Origin: Vicinamibacteria bacterium
GTDB lineage: Bacteria > Acidobacteriota > Vicinamibacteria > Marinacidobacterales > Marinacidobacteraceae
Assembly: GCA_963555995.3 (NCBI GenBank)
Contig: OY821641.1
Coordinates: 3,104,001-3,168,000, forward strand
Direction: 5' to 3'
DNA length: 64,000 bases
This document shows positions 20,334-30,300 of the stretch, one piece after another. The position numbers and the translations under genes are program-made. Below the pieces are notes generated by a model that was given only the letters and a program-made list of their open reading frames with translations, was not told where the DNA came from and did no database searches. Within the stretch, counting starts at the first letter, position 1. Each line of letters opens with the position of its first letter.

Positions 20334-21764
20334 ATGAAGCGGAGAACCTTGATCGCGCGCGCCGCCGCGGCCGCGCTCAGCCTCCTGATCGTTACGGCCT
20401 GCGGGCCGGCCGCGACCGGGTCGGCCGGCCCGGCCAATCCGGAGGTGGACGCGATCTTCAGCGACCTTCAGGGCGACCGGCCCGGGGCGGCGGTGGGGGT
20501 CGTGTGGAACGGCGATGTGGTCCATCGCGCCGGGTACGGGACCGCGCACCTCGATCACGGCGTCCCCATCACGCCGGAAACGGTCTTCGACATCGCGTCC
20601 ATATCGAAACAGTTCGGCGCGATGGCCGCACTGCTGCTCGAAGCCGAAGGCGACCTCGACCTCGATGCGGACGTGCGCGGCGCCGTCCCCGAACTGCCCG
20701 ACTTCGGCGCGGTGATCACCGCGCGCCACCTGATCCACCACACGAGCGGGATCCGCGACTGGCCGCACACCATGGCGCTCGGCGGGATCGGGTTCACCGA
20801 CGTCATCTCGTTCGAGAAGATCCTGCGGATGCTCTACCAGCAGCAGGCGATCAACTTCCCGCCCGGCTCGGAGTACGCCTATTCGAACACCGGCTACAAC
20901 CTGCTGGCGCGCGTGATCGAGGCGCGGTCGGGGATGACGTTCCGCGAGTACACCGAGTCGCGGATCTTCGGGCCCCTCGGGATGACCCGCACCCACTTCT
21001 CGGACGACTACCTCGAGGTCGTGCCCGGCCGGGCGGAGTCCTACGCGCCGGTCGAAGGTGCTGAAGGCTTCCGGCGGATGCCCAACCAGCTCACCGCGCT
21101 GGCTTCCTCGTCGCTGCACACCACCATGGACGACTTCATCCGCTGGATGCGCAACTACGAGACCGGGCAGGTCGGCGGCGAGGCGATGCTCCGCACGATG
21201 GTGCAGCCGGGCGTGCTGACGAACGGCGACACCCTCGACTACGGCCACGGCCTGTCGGTGGCGGACTACCGGGGGCTGCCCGCGTTCGGACACGGGGGTT
21301 CGTGGGTGGGGTACCGCACGAACTTCGTGCGCTTCCCGGAGCAGAACCTGTCCATCGCCGTCTTCTGCAACGTCGCGGACTGCGACCCCGCCAGCCGGGC
21401 GCGCCGGGTGGCCGAGGTTTTCATCGGCGACCTCATGGGCCCCGCGCCGGAGTCCTCCGAGCCCGAGCCCGACCCCGAGGGCCCCGCACTGACCGCCGAG
21501 CAGTTGCAGGAGTACGCGGGCAGCTATCGCAGCCCGGAACTGGACAGCACCTTCGATCTCGAAGTGGATGCGGAGGGCCGGCTGGTGGCCACTCACTGGC
21601 GCAACGACCCGAGCGTCCTCGCACCCACCGGCGCCGACACCTTCAAGGGCGACCAATGGTTCCTGCCCGAGGTCCGCTTCGTCCGCGACGGCGCGGGCCG
21701 GATCACCGGCTTCACCGTGACCGGCACGAGAGTGCGCGACCTGATTTTCGAACGGCAGGAGTAA
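20334..21764 (+). CDS. Serine hydrolase (beta-lactamase class C-like) lipoprotein
   Basis: Lipobox VTAC; SISK, YSN, HGG motifs; extra C-terminal domain. Confidence 0.9.
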   Translation: MKRRTLIARAAAAALSLLIVTACGPAATGSAGPANPEVDAIFSDLQGDRPGAAVGVVWNGDVVHRAGYGTAHLDHGVPITPETVFDIASISKQFGAMAALLLEAEGDLDLDADVRGAVPELPDFGAVITARHLIHHTSGIRDWPHTMALGGIGFTDVISFEKILRMLYQQQAINFPPGSEYAYSNTGYNLLARVIEARSGMTFREYTESRIFGPLGMTRTHFSDDYLEVVPGRAESYAPVEGAEGFRRMPNQLTALASSSLHTTMDDFIRWMRNYETGQVGGEAMLRTMVQPGVLTNGDTLDYGHGLSVADYRGLPAFGHGGSWVGYRTNFVRFPEQNLSIAVFCNVADCDPASRARRVAEVFIGDLMGPAPESSEPEPDPEGPALTAEQLQEYAGSYRSPELDSTFDLEVDAEGRLVATHWRNDPSVLAPTGADTFKGDQWFLPEVRFVRDGAGRITGFTVTGTRVRDLIFERQE

Positions 21765-21774
21765 ACGGCGCAGC

Positions 21775-21803
21775 GGCTTGGAGCGCCGGCTTCAGCCGGC
21801 ACA
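21775..21803 (+). repeat. REP-like palindrome
   Basis: GGAGCGCCGGCTTCAGCCGGCA. Confidence 0.75.
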
Positions 21804-21863
21804 GCCCGCCGCAGGTGGCGGGAAGCCGCTACTTCAGGAGGGTCACTTGTGAAGCGGCTCGCG

Positions 21864-22121
21864 TCAGCTATCCCGCGCCGCCAACGGCGGACCGGAAGCG
21901 GAACGGCCGCCTCTTGGTCTCCCGCGCTTCCTGGCGGGGGTCTTCGGGGCCTCCCCGGAAGCTGCCTCCCTCACCTCCTTGAGCGTTCGGTACTGCTCCC
22001 GGGTGTTCTCGACCAGCACGCCCCACATCAGTTCCCTCTCCGCAGACGCCTCGTCAAAGCGGTTGTTTACTTCCGCCCGGAACTCCTCCAGAAACTTCCG
22101 GGTTTCGGGATCCATCGCCAT
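21864..22121 (-). CDS. Small helical protein with C-terminal AT-hook motif
   Basis: 85 aa; amphipathic N-terminal helix; RKRGRPR; own TTGACA/TACTAT promoter. Confidence 0.6.
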   Translation of the reverse strand: MAMDPETRKFLEEFRAEVNNRFDEASAERELMWGVLVENTREQYRTLKEVREAASGEAPKTPARKRGRPRGGRSASGPPLAARDS

Positions 22122-22130
22122 ACCAGTGGG

Positions 22131-22158
22131 ATAGTAGCTGCGCTCGCGTGAGTGTCAA
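22131..22158 (-). promoter_or_regulatory. Sigma70-type promoter
   Basis: TTGACA-16 nt-TACTAT, 9 nt upstream of ATG 22121. Confidence 0.6.
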
Positions 22159-22229
22159 TCAGGCACTCAGATCGTCCGTACATCCGGGGTAGCGGCCTCC
22201 TTCCACACCGGCCGGTTGGCGCCCACGAC

Positions 22230-22265
22230 CTGGAACGCCGGCTTCAGCCGGCACCGCGGGCCGCA
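22230..22265 (+). repeat. REP-like palindrome
   Basis: GGAACGCCGGCTTCAGCCGGCACCGCGGGCCG. Confidence 0.75.
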
Positions 22266-22304
22266 GACCCGCGGCGGGAAGGACCGCGAGGTCGCGGCCG
22301 GTGG

Positions 22305-24110
22305 CTACGATCCCGGCTCCGCCGAGATCGTGAAGACCGACCGCCCCCGCGAGAACGTCTCCAGAATCGGGATGAACTCCAGGTCCTCCGGGTCCGCGGT
22401 CAGCGGGTTCTCCCCCAGGATCACCAGGTCCGCCTGCTTCCCGACGGTGATCGAGCCCTTGGTGTCCTCCTCGAAGTACTGGTAGGCGCCTCCGAGCGTG
22501 ACCGCGTGGAGCGCCTGCATCACCGTCGCCCGCTGGTGCGGCCCGAGGATGTGCCCGCTACGGGTCTTGCGGTTCACGGTGATCGAGACCAGGCGCATCA
22601 TGTGCGGCGGGACCACCGAGGCGTCGTTGTGGACCGTGAACGGCACCCCCCGTTCGAGCGCCCAACCCACCGGGCTGACGTTGTTGCCCCGCTCCTCGCC
22701 GAAGCTCAGCCGGTGCCAGTCGCCCCAGAAGAACGCGTGCGCCGAGAAGAACGAGGGCACGACGTTCAGATCCCCGGCGCGATCGATCTGGTCCGCGCGC
22801 ATGAGCTGGGCGTGGATGATGACAGCGCGGTGGTCGGGCATGGGATCCAGGTCCGCGACCGCCTCGTCCACGCCGTCCATCATCAGGTCCATCGCCGCGT
22901 CGCCGTTGGCGTGCACGATGATCGGGATGCCCGCCTCGATCAACTGGTCCGCCTGCGCCTTGTAATCCGCGGGATCCATCGTGCCGTAGGCCACGTAGTC
23001 CGGCGGCGCGCCCGGCGGGCCCTCCTCGTACGGGACCGTGACCCACGCCGTGCGTCCCTGCGGAGAGCCGTCCAGCATGAGTTTCACCCCGGCCACCCGG
23101 AACCCGCCCTGGTATCCGCGCCGGTAGGGCACGCCGGGAACCTCGTCGGGCGGACCGTTCTTGCGGATGAAGGCCGCGACATCCGCCTTGAACGGCTCCC
23201 GGTCAGCGGCCTCCTGGAGGACCGCCGCGTGCTCCGGGGTGATGCCGCCGTCCTGGATGGTGGTCGTGCCGTGGCTCAGGTAGATGTCAATGGACCGGCG
23301 GATGAGGTCGTCGAGTTCCTCCCCGGACGGCGTGGGCCTCCGCTCGAATGCCAGCAGTCCGCGGGCAGTCTCCTCCAGCACCCCGTCGGGCTCCATCGAG
23401 CCCTCGATGCGGCGGATCAGGCCGCCGGGCGGATCCGGCGTCTCGGCGGTGATGTTGCTGGCCGCGAGCAGCGCGGAGTTGGTCGCGACCAGGTGTCCCG
23501 AGACGTGGGTGAGGATGATGGGATGCTCGGTGGACGCCCGGTCCAGGTCCGCGCGCGTGGGATGCCGGCCCTCCTCGAGCAACGAGTCGTCGTAGCCGCG
23601 TCCGGTCACCGGCTCTCCGGGAGGGATGTCGTGCTCCTCGATCCACGCCCGGACCTTGCGCACGATGTCTTCGATGTTGTCCACGTCTCCCACCGGCGGC
23701 GGGTGCAGCCCCACCATCAAGTGCTGGTCGCGGCCCGCTCCCAGGAAGTGGCCGTGGGCATCAATGAAGCCCGGCAGCAGCGCGTGGTTCCCCAGGTCCA
23801 CCACCCGCGTGGACGGCCCTTCGAGCGCCATCACCTCGTCCAGCGGTCCCGCGGCCACGATGGTCTCGTCGCGCACCGCGACCGCTTCCACGGTGGGCCG
23901 CTCCGGGTCCATGGTGACGATGTGGTCGCCGTGGAAGATCGTGTCCGCCGGGTCGGCTTCGGGGGCGCACCCCGCGAGAAGCGCAGGGAGGAGGAACTCG
24001 AGAACGACAAGAGCCGGATTCGGCCTGAGCCGGGAAAAACGTCCCGCGCCGGTGTGGCGGGTGATGTCGTCGGCCGGAACAGCTCGTCGGTCCCCGCATC
24101 GAACTACCAA
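22305..24110 (-). CDS. Amidohydrolase 3 (YtcJ-like) lipoprotein; start uncertain
   Basis: Lipobox LAGC; PGFIDAHGH, KLMLDGS, HANGD, HND, GSITVGKQAD; no clear ATG near the signal peptide. Confidence 0.85.
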   Translation of the reverse strand: MVVRCGDRRAVPADDITRHTGAGRFSRLRPNPALVVLEFLLPALLAGCAPEADPADTIFHGDHIVTMDPERPTVEAVAVRDETIVAAGPLDEVMALEGPSTRVVDLGNHALLPGFIDAHGHFLGAGRDQHLMVGLHPPPVGDVDNIEDIVRKVRAWIEEHDIPPGEPVTGRGYDDSLLEEGRHPTRADLDRASTEHPIILTHVSGHLVATNSALLAASNITAETPDPPGGLIRRIEGSMEPDGVLEETARGLLAFERRPTPSGEELDDLIRRSIDIYLSHGTTTIQDGGITPEHAAVLQEAADREPFKADVAAFIRKNGPPDEVPGVPYRRGYQGGFRVAGVKLMLDGSPQGRTAWVTVPYEEGPPGAPPDYVAYGTMDPADYKAQADQLIEAGIPIIVHANGDAAMDLMMDGVDEAVADLDPMPDHRAVIIHAQLMRADQIDRAGDLNVVPSFFSAHAFFWGDWHRLSFGEERGNNVSPVGWALERGVPFTVHNDASVVPPHMMRLVSITVNRKTRSGHILGPHQRATVMQALHAVTLGGAYQYFEEDTKGSITVGKQADLVILGENPLTADPEDLEFIPILETFSRGRSVFTISAEPGS

Positions 24111-26683
24111 GTCAGTTGAAGTCGACCGCTCAGGCGGTGGTCCGGCTGCTGGAGAAACAGGCTTTCCCGGCGCTGTGCGTCGAGACTGCAGTGGAGGTTC
24201 ATGGCCGCGCCCGGCAGCACACCCAGGCTGTAGCCCAACCGGTAGTCCCTGCCAAACCCGGAGGATGTGATGCCGAATCTTGGCGTTCCTACGAGGCCGC
24301 TCCCGACGGGCGACGCGTAGCCAAGCTCGGCGTCCAGTCGGTTGTCCGATCCCAGGGTCCCAGGCCTGAGCCCGACCATCGTCTGCCGATCCCAGAGCGC
24401 CCGGGCCCCGCTCATCGCCTGACCGCCCCACGACGGTGACACCCGCGCCGTGAGCCCGAGCGGCGTCGAAGGCGTGGGGTCGTAGATCAACGACACGGCC
24501 ACACCCCGTTCCTCGTACCCTTCGGCCTCGTGCACCAGCAGTGTCCGCACCCGTGCATCAACGGACAACCCTCTCAACACGTTGGAGGCGCTCAGGCCAG
24601 CGGCGATATCCACACCCGCGCCCGTCTCGCCGTCTCCGCCATCGTACCGGACGCCGACCTCGATGGATGGCGTGAGTGTCGCCTCCGAAGCAAGCCTCCG
24701 CGCATGCGACGCCTCGAACATCATGCGGTGCCGACTGGCGTTCAACATGGTGCTCTGGAGGGATCCGGCCCCGTCGAGGTCGGCCTTTGTGAAGGCCGTT
24801 TCGCCCTTGAGTCTCAAGCTCGTGGTGCCGCCTCGAATCAGTCGCTCGCTGGCGACGAGCTCCCTGCTCACGCCCGCCGCGACCATCTGCTGCGTCAGGT
24901 CACTCGCTTGCGTGTCCGCCGATTCATCGTTGACCTCTACCTCGCCCCGACCATAGCCGACAGTGGTCCACAAGGTCACTCCGCCTGGCGCCTGCCAGCC
25001 CAGGTAGGGGTTGATGCTGGTAAGGGGGGTCGTCAACTTCCCTGTCACCGCGTCGGAGGCTGTGTAATCCACCGTCCCCTGCGCCCGCGCCACCGACAGC
25101 CCCACCAGCAACCGGGTGCTCAGCCTCATATCGAGCCCGACGTTGGCACTCAGCACGCTGCCGTCGTAGCCCACGGTCGCCGGGTCGCCGCCGGCGAAGT
25201 CGCGGTAGCTCCCGCTTCCCCAGAGCATCAGGTTTCCGACCTCGGGGGGACCACTCCCCGCGGTACCCGCAACGTCGAGCGGCAGGCTGAAAGATGATCC
25301 CCCAAGTAGCCGCCCGGCATCGAACGTGCCGTCCCCGAGCGCCCGCCCGTTCGCCAGCAGTACATCGGAGAGCGTGGAAGCACCGCCGAGACTGAGCCCC
25401 GTCGTCGCCCCCGGCGTGCCGGACATTGCCTGTTGGATGCGGCTCGAGATGGCGTCGACCGTGTTGGCGGTCATGGCCCGCATGACCTGGGGCAGCACGG
25501 ACTCGATGACCGCGTTCTGGCGTGCGGCGACCACATTGGGTGCACTCAAATAAAAGCCTGACCCGACGATGAGGTTGATCGGGATGACGCTTCCGTCCGT
25601 GCCCATGACCTGATCGGAGAACTCGCGGGCGTATCCGACCTTGGGAATGTCGGCGCTGTCCGTGTCGTCCGCGGGATCGTCGAAGTGGTACTGAACGAAG
25701 CCTCCCTCCGGGCTACTGGTCGCCGCAGTGATGATCTGCGGCGCAACGAGTTCACCGGTAACGGCGTCACGGACAGTCCCTACCAGCGGTCGAAGCTCGT
25801 ATCTGTCCGGAAACCCGCCGTGAACCAGGATGAGGTTGGTCGCGCGATCTATGACGTAGAGATAAACGGAACCGTGTCTCCAGGGCCCGCTCGGATCCCG
25901 CAGGGCGGTCCTGGCTTTCGAGACCGCGACCAGATCGCCGCTTCTCATGAGTTCGAGAGCCCACTCCCCCGCTTGCGTGACGAATGCCTTCAAGGTTTCC
26001 CGGTCCACCACGTCACGGGCAGTGATGGTCGGGTCGCCGTAGTCAATGTCTTCCTCGACCAGGTGGGACGAGTTGAGGTCGAATCCCGCGAGCAGCACGA
26101 TGGGGGCGCCCGAACCATGGAGATAGACGGTGGCATAGCCTGAGGCGCCCGGGAAATCGGGGACAGCGAACAGACCGCCATCCCCGGCAGCGGCGGCGCC
26201 GAAGGCGGAAACGGCCGTCGCAGGGTCGGCCAGGTCGGCGGGATTGATTCCCGCGGCCTGCAGGATCGCTCCATAAACCACGGGGTTGAGCAGCCCGCCC
26301 GACAAGGACATGTCCTTCGCATGAAGAAACACCCTGCCGTCGGCCGTCAGCTCTACCAGGTAGGTGGAGCCGGAACGCCAGGGGCTCCCTTCTTGCCTGA
26401 TGAGACATCCAAGGTAGTACCCCTGTTCCGGTGTCAGGCTCTCGCTCAAGAAATGACGTTTCACGGCCAACCCAAAGTCCACCAGGCTGGCACTGCCGTC
26501 TTCCACCTGCTGCGCCGTCACTCGCGGATCCTTGGGTGGAGTCACACCTTCAGGGAGCACACAATCTCCCTGTGACTGCGCCAAGGTGGGGCGTGCATCG
26601 AAAACGAGGCCGGCCAGCACGAGCAGGCCGACGACGGGAATCGCCGCCGTCCGGATGAACCGGGGTTGGCCTCTCACCTTCAT
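24104..26683 (-). CDS. Tandem Cache-domain passenger fused to autotransporter-type beta-barrel
   Basis: GAGGAGG RBS, signal peptide, two Cache-like repeats (WRSGSTYL / WRHGSVYLY..GGFVQYHFDDP), C-terminal barrel ending RLQLTW. Confidence 0.8.
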   Translation of the reverse strand: MKVRGQPRFIRTAAIPVVGLLVLAGLVFDARPTLAQSQGDCVLPEGVTPPKDPRVTAQQVEDGSASLVDFGLAVKRHFLSESLTPEQGYYLGCLIRQEGSPWRSGSTYLVELTADGRVFLHAKDMSLSGGLLNPVVYGAILQAAGINPADLADPATAVSAFGAAAAGDGGLFAVPDFPGASGYATVYLHGSGAPIVLLAGFDLNSSHLVEEDIDYGDPTITARDVVDRETLKAFVTQAGEWALELMRSGDLVAVSKARTALRDPSGPWRHGSVYLYVIDRATNLILVHGGFPDRYELRPLVGTVRDAVTGELVAPQIITAATSSPEGGFVQYHFDDPADDTDSADIPKVGYAREFSDQVMGTDGSVIPINLIVGSGFYLSAPNVVAARQNAVIESVLPQVMRAMTANTVDAISSRIQQAMSGTPGATTGLSLGGASTLSDVLLANGRALGDGTFDAGRLLGGSSFSLPLDVAGTAGSGPPEVGNLMLWGSGSYRDFAGGDPATVGYDGSVLSANVGLDMRLSTRLLVGLSVARAQGTVDYTASDAVTGKLTTPLTSINPYLGWQAPGGVTLWTTVGYGRGEVEVNDESADTQASDLTQQMVAAGVSRELVASERLIRGGTTSLRLKGETAFTKADLDGAGSLQSTMLNASRHRMMFEASHARRLASEATLTPSIEVGVRYDGGDGETGAGVDIAAGLSASNVLRGLSVDARVRTLLVHEAEGYEERGVAVSLIYDPTPSTPLGLTARVSPSWGGQAMSGARALWDRQTMVGLRPGTLGSDNRLDAELGYASPVGSGLVGTPRFGITSSGFGRDYRLGYSLGVLPGAAMNLHCSLDAQRRESLFLQQPDHRLSGRLQLTW

Positions 26684-26931
26684 TTGCTCTTCCTCCTCGA
26701 TTATCGAGATCTCCGCGAGCACGTCGCCAAGATCGGGATGACCCCAACGCGCATAGTGGCACAGATCGTCCAGTCCATAAAGCGCACCTGCCTCGTTGGG
26801 GCCGTTCCGACCATCAAGTCCGTCGCCTTGCCTCCGAATCAACAGGCTCCGCCACCGGGGTGAGAGCGAACCCCGGACGCCAAAGCACGACTCCCTGCCC
26901 AACCAAGGCCCCGTCAGCAGACCCCCGCCGG

Positions 26932-27018
26932 CGGAGGGGGTGGGATTCGAACCCACGGTACCGTTGCCGGTACACCAGCTTTCCGGGCTGGCCAATTCAG
27001 CCACTCTTGCACCCCTCC
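26932..27018 (-). tRNA. tRNA-Ser(GGA), long variable arm, CCA not encoded
   Basis: GGAGGGG/CCCCTCC acceptor stem, CCAGC-CCGGAAA-GCTGG anticodon arm, GTACCG-GCAA-CGGTAC variable arm, GGTTCGAATCC. Confidence 0.93.
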
Positions 27019-27279
27019 GGGTCTGGTGGAACCGGGAATGCTACTCCGGTGGCGGCCCCGTCAGGCGCGGGGTTGCGGTCCCGGCTTCGAATAACGCCCG
27101 GCGGAATCGGCTCGCTGCCACTTGCGAATTCACTGCCCAGGCCGTTGCAAAAGTGCTGCTGGGATCGTTGCAGAAGGGCGGTTGACGAGCGGGGCGATTC
27201 GGCGAAGTGGCCCGGTCTCGGGTGTCGCCTGACACCGCTGCGCGGCGCGCAGCGGGTGCCATGAGGACGAGCAAGGTCA

Positions 27280-27381
27280 CGACGTGCGCCGCGCGGAGCG
27301 CCGCGCGTGCCGGTCTGGAGACCGGCGTTCCAAGCCGGCGCGCAACTGTGGCCCGCGTGCCGGCTGAAGCCGGCGTTCCGA
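27280..27381 (-). repeat. Two REP-like palindromes
   Basis: GTGCCGGTCTGGAGACCGGCGTTCC and GTGCCGGCTGAAGCCGGCGTTCC downstream of the RND gene. Confidence 0.8.
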
Positions 27382-27394
27382 GGCGGGTGTGCGG

Positions 27395-30300
27395 TTAGGG
27401 GCCGGCGGGGTGGAGGGCGCCCCTTTCCGCCGGTTGGAGGGTGCGGTGGCGCTTCGCGCGGTAGTTGGCGATGGCTTCGGAGAGGCCGTCGAGGCTGTCG
27501 TAGGTGACGGGGACCACCACCAGGGTGAGGACCGTCGCGACGGTGAGGCCGAAGATCACCGCCACGCCCATCGAGGCCCAGAACTGGGAGCTCTCGCCGC
27601 CGGTGGAGACGGAGAGGTTGAAGAAGTCAATGTTGAGTCCGAGCGTCAGGGGAACGAGGCCCAAAACGGTGGTCACCGCTGTCAGCAGCACCGGACGCAG
27701 CCGGATGGACCCGGCCTCCACCACCGCGTCGTGCCGGCTCAGGCCCCGCTCCCGGAGCTGCCGGACGAAGTCGCACAAAACGATCGCGTTGTTGACCACG
27801 ATCCCGGCGAGGGAGATCACTCCGATGCCGGTCATGATGATCCCGAACGCCGTGCCGGTGAGCATCAGCCCCCAGAGCACCCCGATCACCGAGAGCGCCA
27901 CCGAAGTGATGATCGTGAGCGGCAGGATCAGCGAGTCGAACTGGGTGACCAGCACCATCAGGATCAGCAGCAGCGCGATCACGAAGGCCCGCGAGAGGAA
28001 GGCGGTCGCCTGGAGCTCCTCCTCGTTGGCCCCCGAGAACTCCCACCGGTAGCCGGGCGGCCAGACCACCTGGTCGAGTTCGGCGGCGACTTCCTCGCGG
28101 ACGCTCGCTTCCGTCCGCCCGGAATCGCGCACGACGTCCCCCTCGATGGTCGCCACCCGGTTCAGGTCCACCCGCCGCACCGCCGCGGGGCCGACGCCGT
28201 GCTTCAGCTCGGCGACCGTGCGGATGGGCACCGGGATCCCGTCCTCGTCCGGCACCGTGAGTTCGCCGATGTCGTCCAGCGAACGCCGCGCCTCCGGCGC
28301 GAGCCGGACCCGGATGTCGTGCTCGTCCTCGCCGACCCGGTACTTGGACGCCTCCGCGCCCAGGATGCCCGTCTGCACGGTGGCCGCGATGACCTGGGTG
28401 TTCACACCCGAGCGCATCGCCTCCTCGCGGTCCACCTCGACCCGCAGTTCCGGCTTCCCTCCCTCGAGGTCGTCATCGAGGTTCACGAGCCCCGGGATCC
28501 CGCGGATGCGGGTCTTCACCTCATCGGCCAGCCGCTCGATCTCGTCGAGCTCCTCCCCGAGGATCCGCACCGAAACGGGAGCGCCGGTCGGCGGGCCGTC
28601 CTGCGGGGCGTCCACCTTGATGTTGGCCCCGACGATGTCGGCGAGCCCCCTCCGCACGACCTCCATGGTGGTGAAGGTGTTCCGGACCTCGCGGTCCGAG
28701 CGCTCTTCGAGGTACAGCGACACCTGGCTCCGGTTCGGACTGCCGCCGCCGCCGCCACCCGGACCCATGCTGACCCCGGTGGACCCCACGTTCGCGACCT
28801 GGTGCTTCATGTCCACGGTCCCCGTGGTCAGCTCCTCGATGCGCCGGACGACCGCGTCCGAGGAGTCGAGGCTGGAGCCGCCGGGCGTCTCCACGTCAAT
28901 GGTGATCTGCCGCGGTTCGACCTCCGGAAAGAGCTCCACCCCCTTGCCCACCACGGAATAGACCCCGACCGTCGCCACCAGGACCGCGCACATCATCCAG
29001 ATCCAGCCGGAACGGTGGTCGGTGAGGTACGGCGTCCAGCCGAAGGGGCGCCGGACCAGGCTCCACACGAACCAGGCGACTCCCTGGAGCGCGAACGCCA
29101 GCACCCCGATGCCGGCGAGGCCAGCCACCACCGGAAGCAGGGCGTTCGTCTGGAAGAACATGCCGGCGAGCGCGAGCCCCATCCCGAGGCCCAGGAAGAC
29201 CACGAAGGCCGCGGGGAGAGCCCAGTTCCGCAGGAACCAGGACCGGGTCCCCGCATCGCGGCCCGGCCGGAGCGACCACTCGAGCAGGCGCCGGTAGGCG
29301 CGGCGGAAGGGATGTTCCCGGCTGCGGTCCCGCGGCGCCGCGCGCCGGGGCGGCTTCATCAGGTGGGCGCAGAGCGTCGGGTTGATGATCAGCGCGACCA
29401 CCAGCGACATGGACAGGCCGATGATGAGCGTCACCGGCAGGTAGGACATGAAGTCGCCGATGATCCCCGGCCAGATCAGCAACGGGGAGAACGCGCACAG
29501 GGTCGTGATGGTGGACGCGATGACCGGGCGGGCCACCTCCGCGGTGGCTTCGTAGGCCGCGTCCGGCCCCGCGTCGCCGTGCTCGCGGTGCCGGTAGATG
29601 TTCTCGACGATCACCACCGCGTTGTCCACCAGCATCCCCAGCATGAGGATGAGGCTGAACAGCACCATCATGTTCAGGGTGTAGCCGATCCAGCCCAGCA
29701 CCAGGAAGGACGCCAGCATCGAGAGCGGGATGGCGACCCCCACGAAGAACGAGTTGCGGAGGCCCACGAACGCCATCAGGCAGCCGACGACGAGCAGCAG
29801 ACCCGAGATGACGTTGTTCTCGAGCTCGTTGACCATCCGCCGGATCTCGACCGAGATGTCGCCGACCACCGCGGTGCTGATCCCCTCCGGCAGCATCTCG
29901 TCCCAGCGGTCGAGCTCGGCGTTCACGAGGTCCGCCACCCCTACGAGGTTGGCCCCGGTGCGCTTCTCGACGCTGAGGGTGACCGACGGTTCCCGGTCCA
30001 CCCGCGAGCGGCTGGTCTGGTCCTCGAAGCCGAAGACCACGTCGGCCACGTCGCGGACGAAGACCGGCTCGCCGTCCCGGACCTTGATCACGAAGTCCTC
30101 GATCTCCGAGGGCTGCCGCACCTCGGCGGGGAGGCGGACCAGGTATTCGAGCCCGCCGACCGCGACCTCGCCGCCGGGGACGTTGCGGTTCTCCCGCGCC
30201 ACCGCGACGACGACGTCCGACAGGCTGAGCTCGAAGAACGCGAGCCGCTTGGGGTCCACCTGCACGTGGACCTCGCGCACGCGGCCGCCGATCACGTTCG

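Noticed and set aside
20334-21764. Antibiotic-resistance beta-lactamases (also 42457-43905)
   Set aside because: SxxK/YxN motifs are shared by many peptidases and esterases; the lipoprotein architecture does not indicate true beta-lactamase activity
18264-26931. SRP RNA (ffs) expected between tRNA-Ser and dnaX
   Set aside because: The conserved CAGG-CCGGAAGG-AGCA core was not found by eye on either strand
26684-27004. N-terminal 107 aa of the 966-aa ORF
   Set aside because: Overlaps tRNA-Ser; a strong RBS and signal peptide support the start at 26683
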